Positions 48,683 to 60,823 of a stretch of 64,000 nt of DNA are shown one piece after another. Both the position numbers and the translations under genes were made by a program. The notes beneath the pieces were generated by a model. It searched no databases. It was not told the origin of the DNA and worked only from the letters and a program-made list of their open reading frames with translations. The stretch lies in the NCBI GenBank assembly GCA_014905635.1, contig JABVCE010000007.1:1302001-1366000 (forward strand). Direction: 5' to 3'. Source of the stretch: Scenedesmus sp. PABB004. Taxonomy: Eukaryota. Position 1 is the first letter of the stretch, and each line of letters opens with the position of its first letter.

Positions 48683-49056
48683 CGGGGCGAGTGCTGTCCT
48701 GGGCGCCGCGCGTGCGCGTAAAAACACCGTCCCGAGCCGGGCCTTGAGCAACTGGCCGCCAGCACTTTCTCTCAGCGAGCGGGCAGGCCGCGCGCGCGCC
48801 TGGGCGGAGCGGCGCGGAGGCGGCGGCGGCGGCGGTGCGAGGGTTCTCTCTCTGGCCGAGCTGGCCTTGCCAAAGCGCGACCGCGTTGAGCGCGCTGAAG
48901 CTGCCGGCACAGCAGGCTGCCTGCGGCGCGGCGAAGCGCGCGCGTCACCAGCCGCCGCCCGTTGCGCCCGCAGCAACTGGCAGCGTCACAGGCAGGCCGC
49001 GCCCGCACCATCTACGCCCGACGCACGAAGACGAGCCCGCGGCGCCGCCGCCCCCC

Positions 49057-51842
49057 TCAGGACGCCGCCTCGCCGCGCGGCGGCGGCGGCGCGAGCCACG
49101 GCGTCGGCTCCGGCGGCAACACACGCAGCTCGGCCAGGCGCGGCAGCGCGCGCGCGAGCGCCACCACCTCCCCCTCCTCCACCCCGCACCCTACCAGCTC
49201 CAGGCGCGACAGCTGCGTTCCCGCCGCCACGTGCGCGGCGCCGAGCGCCGGCGCGCTCGGGTCGCCGGCCGGCGCAAAGCCGACGAGGCGCAGCGCGCGC
49301 AGCGCCGGCAGGCCCCGCAGGCGCGCCCCCATCTCGGCCACGCCCGCGCGCACGTGGCGCAGCGTCAGCGACGACAGGCCGCGCGCGGCCGCGGCGCCCG
49401 CGAGCAGCGCCGCGTCGCCGCCGCCGCCCGAGCCGGTGAGGCTGAGCGCGGCGAGCGACGTCAGGCGCGGCCACGCCGGCGCGGCCGCGACCGTGCTGGC
49501 GGCGCTCATGTGTGCGAGCTCGAGTCGCGTGAGGGCCGGCAGCGCGGACAGCTCCGACAGCTGCGCCGCCGACGCGATGCAGTGGGGGATGGTCAGCTGC
49601 TGCAGGCGGTGCAGCTCCAGCAGCGGCGCCGCGGACCCGCCGCGGCCGACCGCCAGCGCGACGAGGTTGGGCGGCAGCCGGTCGGCGTCCTGCGGCGGCG
49701 CGGCGGCAAAGGCGGTGCAGAGCGGCGTCGACGGTGCGCCGCGCGCGCGCTCAGAGCTCGCTCGCGCCGGCGGGCCCCAGCTGCGGCGCGGGCCGCTGCA
49801 GTTCACGGTCGAGCTGACCGTGAGCATGGGCCCGGACGTGTTGCGCTGGGTGGTGCCCAGGTTGTCGTGCACGGCCGAAAGCTCCAGCGACGTCAGGGCG
49901 GTGAGGTGGTCCAGCTCGAGCGGCACGCCGCGCCAGTCGCCCTGCCCGTACCCGCCCCGCGGCGGGTCGCCGGGCGCGAAGCGCAGCGCCGCGCGCAGCG
50001 AGCGCAGCGACGGCGGCAGGGACGCGAGGCACGCGGTCGAGTGGACGTGCCCGAGCGTCAACGCGCGCAGCTCTGGCAGCAGCCCCGCGCCAAGAAACAG
50101 CGCGGCCGCGTCGACGCCGCGCGTGTAGTCCCACGAGCGCTCGTAGCAATCGCCAGCGTCGTGCAGGTGCAGCTCGCGCAGCCACGGCGTGCGCGCGCAG
50201 ATCTGGCGCCCGGCGGCCGGCGGTCGGCGGTCGGCGCGCGCTGGCGGTCGCCGGCGCGCGCGCGCCAGCACGCTCAAGGCCCCACCCTGCGCATGAAGTC
50301 GACAGGCCCCGGGTCAAGCTCGCCCCCGCTCAGCTCCGACAGCAGGGCGTCGCGGTCCAGCAGGTCGTCGCGGGTGAGCCTGCGACGCGGCGCGGGCGTG
50401 CGGGGTCAGGCGGGCGCGGCGGGCGCCCGAAGGCGCGCGGCTGGCGCGGCGCCGGGCGGGCGGCTCACGTGAGCTCCAGGCGCGTGAGCGTCGCGCCCGG
50501 CAGCGCCGTGAACAGCGCGACCGAGGGGCTGGTCGTGCAGAACGAGCGCAGCGCGAGCCCGCGCGCCGCGACGCCGCCGCTGCCGGCGTCGTCGCGCGTG
50601 TCCGCGTGCCCCGCGATCGCGTCCCACGGCGCGCCCTGCCGGCGGGCGGCGGGCGGGCGGCGGGCCGAGGGCGCGGCGCGGCGTCAGGCCAGTCCGCGTG
50701 CCCCGCGCCGCGCCCCGACGCCGACCTGCGCGCCCCGCGCCGCGCCCCGCGCCGCCCCGCGCGCGCGCGCGCCTGCGGCGGCGCCGTGAGCGGCACCGCG
50801 GGGGTGCCCCCGCCGCGCCCCGCCGCGCGCGCGCCGGCCGCGGTCGCGGGGCCGGTCTCGTCCGCCTCGTCCGCCTCGGCCTGCTCCTCGTCCTCTCCAG
50901 CGTAGGTGCAGTAGCTATCGCTCAAGGTCAGCTCGTCGTCGGAGAGCCACCACTCGTCCTCGTCCTCGTCCTCGATGGGCCGCTGGACGACAAGCTTCCT
51001 GCATGGCGCCACGCCGCCCGCTGCGACGTGTGCGGCCGTCAGCGCGCCGCCGAAGCGCTCGGCCGAGGCCTGGTCGACCGTCGCGGTCCGGGCCTCGTCG
51101 GCGGCGAGGGGGTCGTTGCAGCAGTCGCAGCCCCAGCCACACCTGCGCCCCCAGCGGGGCAGCACGCCGGGCTCGCGGGGCAGGTTGAGCTCCAGCGCGC
51201 CCAGCAGCGCGGCGTGCCGGGCGAGCCACGCCGCGGGCGCATCGAGGCCGCCGCCGCGCGTCGGGGGCGCGATCGTGCAGGCGACGCGACCGTGCAGGCG
51301 CTCCGCCGCGGCCGCGGCGACGGCGCAGCTCGTCGAGAGCAGGCGCGCGGCGGCCGGCAGGCTCCACACCACGGCCGGGGCGGAGAGGACGAGGTCGAGC
51401 AGCAGGTCGCCCCCGGGCGCCGCGTCGACGTCGCCCGCGGGTGCGCCCGCCGCGGCGCGCGTGCTCCGGCGGCGGCGCTTGGCGCCGCCGCCACCGCCGG
51501 CGCCGCCGCCGCTGCCTGGGGGAGCCTCCAGGTCGCTGCGCGCGGCGAGGCGCGGCACGGCGCGGCTGCGTGGCGCGGCGCGGCGCGGCGCGGTCGGCAG
51601 CGCAGCAGCGGCGTCGGCGCGGGGCGGCGCGGGCGCGAGGCCCGCCGGGGCGCGGTGCCCTGGGCGCAGCTGCCTCCGTGCCGCCTCCCAGCCCGCCGCC
51701 GCGGCGCGGTCGGCCCCTGCACGCACCGCAAGAGCCGCGCGGTCGCCCCCGCGAGGCGGCGCAGCGCGCTCGAGGCGTTGGCGTCTTCGTCCCGCGCGTC
51801 GTCGCTCACGCTGTCGCTCACGCTGTCGCGCCCGGTGGCCAT
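49057..51842 (-). CDS. Hypothetical leucine-rich-repeat (RNI-like) protein, multi-exon; start uncertain
   Basis: Repeated LxxLxL units (LRELHL, LPELRALTL, LTALTSLELS, LHRLQQLTI, LPALTRLEL, LTSLAALSL, LPALRALRL, LPRLAELRV) in the last exon (49057 to about 50203). Upstream exons (WLARHAALLGALELNL, an acidic loop, LTRLELT) are joinable by GT-AG introns. Confidence 0.55.
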
Positions 51843-52249
51843 CTGCGCGCGGGTCGGCGCGCGGGCAGCGGCGTTGCCTGCTGAGCCAGCGGCGCCGCCG
51901 GCGGCAGCGCGAGTCGGCGAGGCCTGTCGGATAGATGAAGTGACGCTGGGGAGACCACGCCTGCTAGCGGCGGCAACAGGGCGCGCGGGCGACGGAGCAG
52001 AAGCGCGGGCGCCGCCCGCCCGGCTCCCGACACCGCGCACAGCCATCCCTCGCCCGCCGCCCGCCGGCCCAGGTGCTCCACAGCGCGCCTCCCGGTGCAT
52101 CTCGCGAGCACCCGCGCAGCCAGCGGCCCCCACACACGCGCCGCCGCTCGCCCGCCGCCGGCGCTCGCTGCTGGCGGCGCCGTCCTCGTCTGCAGCCAAC
52201 GGCCGCGTCCGCGCGCCAGGGCTCGCACAGGGTCGCGCGGGAGGCGACC

Positions 52250-55044
52250 ATGGCCAAGGCGCAGTTGCCCCTGCAGGATGAGGAGGACGGCGCGGCGCCC
52301 ACCATCCGCGTGAACGCCGCGTTCGCGCGACGCTTCGAGGTGCGCCGCCCCAGGCGCCGCGGGAGACGCAGCGTTGTGTGGTGGAGCGCCCGCGCTCACG
52401 CGCCGCGCGCCCGCAGCACAACAAGCGCCGGGAGGAGCTGCACCGGCTGCAGGAGAAGCACCCCGAGCTCGCCGCGCGCCTAGGGCGCAAGGTGCGCGCC
52501 GCCCCGGATCGGCGCCCGCGCTGGCAGCGCCCCGGCGCGGCGGCAGCGCGGCTGGCGCAGCGGGGGCGCCGCGGGCGCAGCCGGCGGCCTCGCCGCCGCG
52601 CTGCTGCCGGCCGCCGGCCGCCGGCGCGGCGGCCGCCGCGGCGCGCGGCGCGCGGGAACGCCGCCAGAGAAGGGCCAGGGCCGACGACGCGCCCTCCCCG
52701 TGCGCGCCCGCGCGCGCGCAGGCGGCGGCCGAGGCGCGGCGCGGCGGGGGCGACGCCCCGGGGAGCGACGAGGCGGACGACGAGGACGACGAGGACGACG
52801 AGGACGAGTCCAGCAGCTCCGACGACGATGACGACGACGAGCTGGAGGACAACGACGACACCGACAAGGCGCGCCGCGCTGGCCGGCGCGCTGGGGCCGG
52901 GCAGGCGGCGCGGCCGCTGAAGCTGCGCGCGCCGAACGCCGCCGCCTTTGCTGCCGCCGGCAGGTGCTGGAGACGCTCGTGCGCATCAAGCGCCACGACC
53001 CGGCGCTGTACCAGCCCGACACGGTGCTGTTCCCCGGCGAGGGCAGCGAGGAGGAGGACGACGAGGACGAGGAGGGCGGCGGCGGCGCCGAGCCCGGCGC
53101 CGAGGGCGGCCGCCGCACCGGCAAGGCCAAGCCCGTGTACCTGCGCACCGTGCTGGCGCAGCAGGCGCTGGAGGGCGGCGGCGGCGGCGCGTCGGACAGC
53201 GACGATGACGGCGGCGTGCCGCGCGAGCCCGTGTCGCAGTCGTACGCCGCGGAGCAGCGCGAGCTCAAGGCAGCGTTCCTCGCGGCCGCGGCCGAGGCCG
53301 ACGCCGCGCTGGACGGCGAGCCGGCCAAGGCCGGCGGGCTGCTGAGCCGCAAGCGCGGCGCGGCGGCGGCCGCGCCCGGCGCAGAGGCCGCGCCCGGCAA
53401 GGGCGCGCAGGTCGACCAGGTGCGCCGCCGGCGCCGCGCCCGCGCGGCGCGCCCGGCGCCGCGCGCGCCTGCGGCGTCCCCGCGCGAGCCCGCCCGCGCC
53501 GCCGCCGCCGCCGCGTCCGCCGCCGCGCCAGCTGCTGGACGAGTACTTTGGTGCCGACGAGGCGCTCGACCCCGCGGGCGCGTTCCTCAAGTCCTTCCTC
53601 GCCAACAAAGCCTGGAAGGAGCCCCGCCCCGGCGGCGCGCCGCGCAAGCGCCTGCGCGTCGGCAGCGACGACGGCGGCAGCGACAGCGACGGCGGCGACG
53701 GCAGCAGCAGCAGTGAGGGCGAGGAGGGCGGCGGCGCGGAGGGCGGCGCGGACGACGAGGCTGACGAGGCGTTCCTGGAGGAGGCGGACCGCTTCGAGGC
53801 GGCGTACAACTTCAGGCGCGGCGGCGCAGCAGCTGCGCAGCTCGCCGGAAGCCATCGCGCGCGGCCGGGCGGCGGCAGGGGCCGCTGCGCGCGCGCGCGC
53901 GCGCCTGACCGCGTCGCCGCCCCACCCCCGGGCAGGTACGAGGAGCCCGGCAGCCACCGCATCCAGAGCTTCCCACGCGTCATCGCTGACAGCGCGCGCC
54001 GCCCCGACGAGCGGCGCAAGCGCCAGCGCGAGGCCAAGGCGGCGCGCATGGCGGCGGAGCGCGAGGCGCGCGAGGCGGAGCTGCGGCGGCTGAAGAACCT
54101 GAAAAAGGACGAGATCACTGACATGTGAGCGCCAAGCAGGCGGGCAGCAGCGGCGCGGCCAGGCCCACGGAGCCCGCGGCGCAGGCGCGGCCGGCCCTGC
54201 GCGGCCGCCCCGCGCCCCGCACCCACACCGCGCCGCCGCACTGCGCGCCGCGCGCCGCGCCGCCAGGCTCGCGCGCATCGAGAGGGAGGCCGGCGTCGCC
54301 GCGACGGCGCGCGCGGGCGCCGCCGCCGGCGGCGGCGGCGGCGGCGCCGGGGCCGGCAAGCTCGGCGGCCTGCTGGACGAGCTGCTCGAGGGCGACTTTG
54401 ACCCAGAGGAGTATGACCGCCGCATGGCCGCGGCGTTTGATGATGAGTACTATGAGGTGTGGCCCGCGGCGGCGGCGCACGCGGCGGGCGCGCGGGGGGC
54501 GGCGGGGCGGAGGTCAGGCGGCGCCGGGCCCGCGCCGCGCGCCGCGCGCACGCGCCGCGCGCACGTGCACGCGCCGCCGCGGCCCACGCCGGCGCGGCGC
54601 CGCGCGCAGGAGGACGAGGCGCAGCCGGACGAGCTGTTTGGCGACGTGGAGGAGGAGGGCCTCGCGGACGAGGCCGACGTCGTCGCGCCCGCCGACCCCG
54701 GCGGCGCGGGCGGCTTTGCCGCGCTGCGCGCGCAGCTGCAGGCGCGCCGCGCGGCCGGCGGCGGCAGCGGCAGCGACGGCAGCGACGGCAGCGGCGACGG
54801 CGACGACGGCGGCAGCAGCGGCGACGAGGACGGCGGCGGCGAGGCGGGCAGGGCCGCGCGCGCGGCTGTCGCGGCGGAGCAGCGCAGCGCGCTGCAGCGC
54901 GCGCTGGAGGAGTACTACAAGCTGGACTATGAGGACAACATCGGCGGCCTGCCCTGCCGCTTCCGCTACCGCCAGGTGCGTGCGCACGCGCGGGCGGGAG
55001 GGGCAGGGAGCGGCCGCGCGAGGGGGGGGGGCGTGCAGCGGGGC

Positions 55045-55083
<39 letters not shown>

Positions 55084-55964
55084 CGCACGCGCACGCGCGC
55101 GCGGCGTGGCGGGCCCGCCGCTCGGCGCGACCTGCATCGCCGCGCCGCCCGCAGGTGCCGGCGGAGAGCTTTGGGCTGACCACGGAGGACATTCTCCAGC
55201 TGAGCGACAAGGACCTGAACCAGATTGCCGGCCTGCGCATGCTGGCACCGTACCGGGAGGACGCAAAGCGCCTGCGGCCCAACTACAAGGCCCTGCAGGC
55301 GATCAAGGGCGAGGCCGCCGCCGCCGCGGCGATGCGCGCGGCGCGCAAGCAGCGCGAGAAGGAGCGCGAGCGCGCCAAGCGCGAGCAGGGGCGGCGGCGC
55401 GGCGTCGAGCCGGGCGGCGGCGAGCAGGAGGGTCAGGGCGCGGCGCCGCAGGGCGGGCAGCAGCAGCGGTCGGGCGGGCAGCAGCAGCGGCACGGCAAGC
55501 ACCAGCAGCAGCGGCAGCACCAACACCAGCAGGGGCGGAAGCGCAAGCTCGAGCAGCCGGCGGCCGGCGGCGGCGGCGCCGGGCCCAAGCAGCAGCGGCA
55601 CGGCAAGCACCAGCAGCAGCAGAAGGCGCTCGGCGAGATGACGGCCGAGGAGAAGCAGGCGGCGCGGCTGGCCTCGTACGCCAAGCTCACGCTCAAGCCG
55701 GGCAAGGAGGCGGCGGCGGTGCAGGAGGCGGCGCAGGCGGGCGGCCGCGGCGGCGGCGCCGGCGGCGCCGCGCAGCCCAAGGCCAAGAAGCGCAAGCTCG
55801 CGGCCGGCGGCGGCGGCGAGCCCGCCGCGCCCGCGCGGCCCGCGCAGCAGCCGGGGCGGCTCGCGGCGGTGGCGCTGGACCAGCCGCTGACCAAGGCGCA
55901 GAAGAAGAACCTGCTGCGCGCGCTGAAGCGCAAGGAGCGCGCCGCGGGCGGCGGGCAGCAGTGA
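52250..55964 (+). CDS. KRI1: KRI1 (Krr1-interacting, 40S ribosome biogenesis), multi-exon
   Basis: IRVNAAFARRFE|HNKRREELHRLQEK, LETLVRIKRHDPALY, ADRFEAAYNFR|YEEPG...SFPR, ELRRLKNLKKDEI, LEGDFDPEEYDRRM, and the KRI1_C region LEEYYKLDYEDNIGGLPCRFRYRQ|VPAESFGLTTEDILQLSDKDLNQIAGLRMLAPYR. Confidence 0.93.
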
Positions 55965-55995
55965 GAGAGAGAGTGAGAGAGAGATAGAGAGAGAG
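55963..55995 (+). repeat. Imperfect (GA)n microsatellite beginning in the KRI1 stop codon
   Basis: TGAGAGAGAGAGTGAGAGAGAGATAGAGAGAGAG read directly. Confidence 0.9.
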
Positions 55996-56382
55996 GTCTG
56001 GCTGTCGGGCGGCGGGGGCAGAGGGAGAGAGCGCGGCTCGGCCCGGCAACTCACAGCGCGCCGGCAGCGCTGCGCCCGGTTTGACCCCGCCCCCGGCGCC
56101 CCGCCCGGCCCTGCAGCGCTGCTCGCGCTGATCATATGAGCTCCAGGCCGACGGCGGCGTCCCCTGATGGCCTGGCTCGCTCCCCGCAGCTGGCCCAGCG
56201 GGCTGTGCCCTGCGTGATGGTTCGGGCCCTGTGGCGCCTCCAGGCACCGCCGCGCCCCCACGCCGCGCCCAGTGTGCTCAGCCTGGTCCCAGGTACTCAC
56301 ACGTCGGCCCACGCGGCATGCCGCGCGCTATGCAGTGAGGTGCCCCCGCCCGCCGCGCCGCCCACCGCGGGCGCTGGACGCA

Positions 56383-59300
56383 ATGGATTTCCCGCGCCTG
56401 CTCTCGGCCGTGGCCGCCAACCCGGCGCGCTCCCTGGGCGCCCTGGTGGCGGCGGTGCTGGCTGCGCCCGCGGCCTGGGCGGCACTGCCACTCGTCGCGC
56501 CGGTGCTGGTGCCCGCGGCGCTGTTCGCGGCGGTGAGTGGGATCGGTGGCGGCCCCAGCGCGCGCGCCGCGCGGCCCTGACAATGCTGGCCGCCCGCTGC
56601 TGCTGCTGCAGGTGGCGCTCGCCTTCCTCTCCAAGAAGGCGGAGCCCGGCCATGGCGCGCGCGCCGCCCCAGCAGCTGCAGGTGAGGGCGCGCAGGCCTG
56701 CAGGCGGCGCCGCGCCCGCAGCCGCCGCCGCGCGCCGACCGCGTTTGCGCGCCGCGCTCCACAGGCGCAGCCCAGCAGGAGGCGCCGCCGCCGGCGGCGC
56801 AGCAGCAGCAGCAGCAGCAGCAGCCGAAGCAGCAGCAGGAGGCCGCGGCCACGGCCGCGGCGGCCGGCGCAGCGGGTGCGGCGGTTGCGGCCGCCGCCTG
56901 CGCGGCGCAGCCGCAGCCCGCGCCGGAGCCAGCAGCCCAGCAGGCGCCCGGCGACGACGGCGCCAGCAGGTGCGGGACGGCGGCGGCAGCTGCGCGGGGC
57001 GGCGGCTCCGGCGCCTGGAGCGGGCAGCGCGGTGTGGCCTCGGGCGCCTGCCGCAGCAGCCGAGCTGCTGCGCAGCGCTTGCAGAACACGCCTGGCGGCG
57101 CCGCGCGGGCGGCAGGCGCTGCGATCCGCTGCACCGCGGCGGCGGCGGAGCGCCAACGCGCCGTGCTGCCGGCGCCGCGCGCCGCCGCGCGCAGGGACGC
57201 GCCCGTCGGCCCTGGCGGCTACAAGGCCTGGGAGGAGCCGCTGGCGCGCTCGGCCGCGTTTGAGCAGCTCGAGTCGCTGATGCGCGAGCGCATCATCTTC
57301 ATCGACGGCGCGATGGGCACGATGATCCAGCGCTACAAGCTGGGCGAGGAGGACTTCCGCGGCGAGCGCTACGCCAACCACAGCCACGAGCTCAAGGGCA
57401 ACAACGACATCCTGGTCATCACGCGGCCGCAAGTGATCTACGACATCCACACGCAGTACCTCGCGGGCGGCGCGGACATCATTGAGACCAACACCTTCAA
57501 CGGCACGACCATCAGCCAGGCCGACTACGAGCTGCAGGACCCGGAGGAGGTGTTCCTCATCAACAAGAGCGCCGCCGAGCTGGCCAAGCGCGCGGCGGCC
57601 GACTACATGGCGGCGCACCCCGGGGAGCGCAAGTTTGTGGCGGGCGCGGTCGGGCCGACCAACAAGACGCTCAGCGTGTCGCCCAGCGTGGAGAACCCGG
57701 CGTTCCGCGGCATCACCTACGACGAGGTGCGCGCGCGGCTGCTGCTGCCGCGCGGGCAGGGCGCTGGGCGCCTGCTGCTGCGCGAGCGCGCGCGCGGGGC
57801 GGCCAGGACAGGCGGCGGCGGCGGCAGGTGCAGCAGGTGCAGCAGCGGGCGGCGGCGGGAGCCGCAGCTGCGGCAGCAGCAGGCAGCGGCAGGCGGCCGC
57901 AGCGGCCTGCAGCAGCGCTGCTGGGCCGCGCGCCAGGCAGCTGCCAGCAGCGAGCTGCTGCCGGCAGCCAGCGCAGCGCGCACCCTGCCGCCCGCCTGAC
58001 CTGCTGCCGCCGCCTGGCGCGCCGCCGCCGCCGCCCGCCGCGCAGGTGGTGGACGCGTACTACGGCCAGCTGGAGGGCCTGTACGCTGGCGGCGTGGACA
58101 TGTTCCTGGTGGAGACCATCTTTGACACGCTCAACGCCAAGGCCGCGGTGTACGCGCTGGAGAAGTTCTTTGCCGCCAAGGGCGTGCGCATCCCGGTGTT
58201 CATCAGCGGCACGATCGTGGACAACAGCGGGCGCACGCTGTCGGGCCAGACCAACGAGGCGTTCTGGAACAGCATCGCGCACGCGCAGCCGCTGGCGGTG
58301 GGGCTCAACTGCGCGCTGGGCGCGAGCGACATGAAGAAGTACATCGCCAACCTCAGCGCCTGCGCCGACTGCTTTGTCTTCTGCTACCCCAACGCGGGCC
58401 TGCCCAACGCCATGGGCGGCTACGACCAGCGCGGCGCGGAGATGGCGGAGGAGATCCGGCCGTTCTGCGAGGAGGGCCTGGTCAACGCCATCGGCGGCTG
58501 CTGCGGCACCACGCCGGAGCACATCGCCGCCATCGCGGCCATGGCCGCCGCGTACCCGCCGCGCGCGCTGCACGCGGTGGAGCCGCTGCTGCGCGTGAGC
58601 GGGCTGGAGCCGCTCAACTACTCGCCCGACGCGGCCAACATGCGGTCGACCTTCCTCAACATCGGCGAGCGCTGCAACGTGGCGGGGTCGATCCTGTTCA
58701 AGAAGGCCATCATCAACAACGACTACGACACCGCGCTCGGCATCGCGCTCAAGCAGGTGCAGCAGGGCGCGCACGTGCTGGACATCAACATGGACGACGG
58801 CCTCATCGACGGCGTGGCCGCGATGACCAAGTTTGTCAACCTCTGCATCGCGGGTGCGCGCCGCCGCGCGCAGCTGCTGGCGCGCCGGGCGCAGCGCTGC
58901 AGGGCAGGGCAGCCGCGCGGGCTGCAGCAGCCAGGCTGCGCAGGGCGCCAGCAGCGCCAGCAGCTCCAGCAGCAGCTCCAGCAGCTCCAGCAGCCCTGGG
59001 ACGGCACGGCAGCCGCGGCTGCAGCACGCACGCGCCCTGAGCTGCTGGGCCTGACCTGACGCTGACCGCCCTGCCCTGCCCCGCCCTGGCTGCGCCGCGC
59101 CGCGCCGCGCCGCGCCGCGCGCAGACCCTGAGATCAGCCGCGTGCCGTTCATGATTGACAGCAGCAAGTTCCACATCGTTGAGGCGGGCCTCAAGTGCGC
59201 GCAGGGCAAGTGCATCGTCAACAGCATCAGCCTCAAGGAGGGCGAGGCCAAGTTCAAGGAGCAGGCCACCATTGTCAAGAACCACGGAGCTGCCGTGGTG

Positions 59301-60791
59301 GTGATGGCCTTTGACGAGACTGGCCAGGCGGCGGGCTTTGAGGACAAGGTGCGCCCGCGGCAGGCGGCGGCGGCTGCAGCAGCGCTGCGGCAGGAGCGTG
59401 CCGGCGGCAGCGGCGTGCCAGTGGCAGCGGCGGCGGCGCCAGCAGCAGCTCTTTGCAGGGCAGGCTCTGGACTGAGCAGGAGCTGGCCAGGGCTGCAGCG
59501 TCAGGGGCAGTACCTGGGCTGCTGCAGCGGCCAGCCAGCGCAGCCAGCCAACGCAGCCAGCCGACGCGCTGCGCCTGCACTCGAGCCTGACCGCCGCCTC
59601 TGCCCTGCCTTGCCCCGCCTGCCAGGTGCGCATGTGCCAGCGCGCGTACCGCATCCTGGTTGAGGAGGTTGGCTTCAACGCGCAGGACATCATCTTTGAC
59701 CCCAACATCCTCACCGTGGGCACGGGCCTCGCGGAGCACAACAACTACGCCGTCGACTTCATCCGCGCGACGCGCGAGATCAAGCGCGTCTGCCCCGGCG
59801 CCAAGATCAGCGGCGGCGTGTCCAACATCGCGTTCAGCTTCCGCGGCAACGAGGCCGTGCGCCGCGCGTTCCACAGCGCGTTCCTGCACCACGCCTGCGC
59901 GGCGGGCATGGACATGGGCATCGTGAACGCCGCGCAGGTGCTGGAGGACGAGTACTCGCGCGTGGACAAGGAGCTGCTGGGCTTTGTGGAGGACGTGCTG
60001 CTCAACCGCTGCGACAACGCGACCGAGCGCATGCTCGAGTTTGCCGCATGCCTCGAGCCCAAGTGCAAGCCCACCGCCGTCGTGCGCAAGGGCGGCGCCG
60101 CGGCGGGCGGCGGCGGCGGGAAGAAGGCCGCCGACTCGTGGCGCAGCCTGCCGGTGGAGCAGCGCATCCAGCACTCCCTGGTCAAGGGCATCGACGAGTT
60201 TGTGGTCGCCGACACCGAGGAGGCGCGCGTGAGCGGCCGCTACGCGCGCCCGCTGCAGGTCATCGAGGGGCCGCTCATGGTGCGGCGCGCGCGCCTCGGA
60301 ACGCGCGCGCGCGCGCGCGCGCGCCCCGCGGCGCGGCCTTGGACGGCGCGCGCGCGGCTGCGCCGCGGCGGCGGCGGCGCCGCGGCTCGCGCGCTGACCG
60401 GCCCGCTCCGCCCCGCGCCGCGCGGCGCCGCGCAGGATGGCATGAACGTCGTGGGCGACCTCTTTGGCGCGGGCAAGATGTTCCTGCCGCAGGTGCGGCG
60501 GCCGTGCAGCCCCGAGCGCTCGGGCCCGCCTGCGCCCCGCGCCGCCGCCCCGCCCCGCTCCCGTCGCCCGCCCCGCGCGCTGCGCTCCCGTGGCCCGCCC
60601 CCGCGCGCCGCGCTCCCGACGCCTGCGCCCGCGCCCCAACCGCCGCCGCCGCGCAGGTGATCAAAAGCGCACGCGTGATGAAGCGCGCGGTGGGGCACCT
60701 GATCCCGTTCATTGAGGAGGAGAAGCGCCTCGCCGGCGGCGACATGTCCGTCGCGAGCAACGCCGGCGTCTTCCTCATCGCCACGGTCAAG

Positions 60792-60823
<32 letters not shown>

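Noticed and set aside
55965..59625. Cobalamin or SAM riboswitch in the METH leader or its CAG-rich introns
   Set aside because: No B12-box or other conserved riboswitch core is recognisable; the introns are simple GCA/GCT low-complexity sequence.
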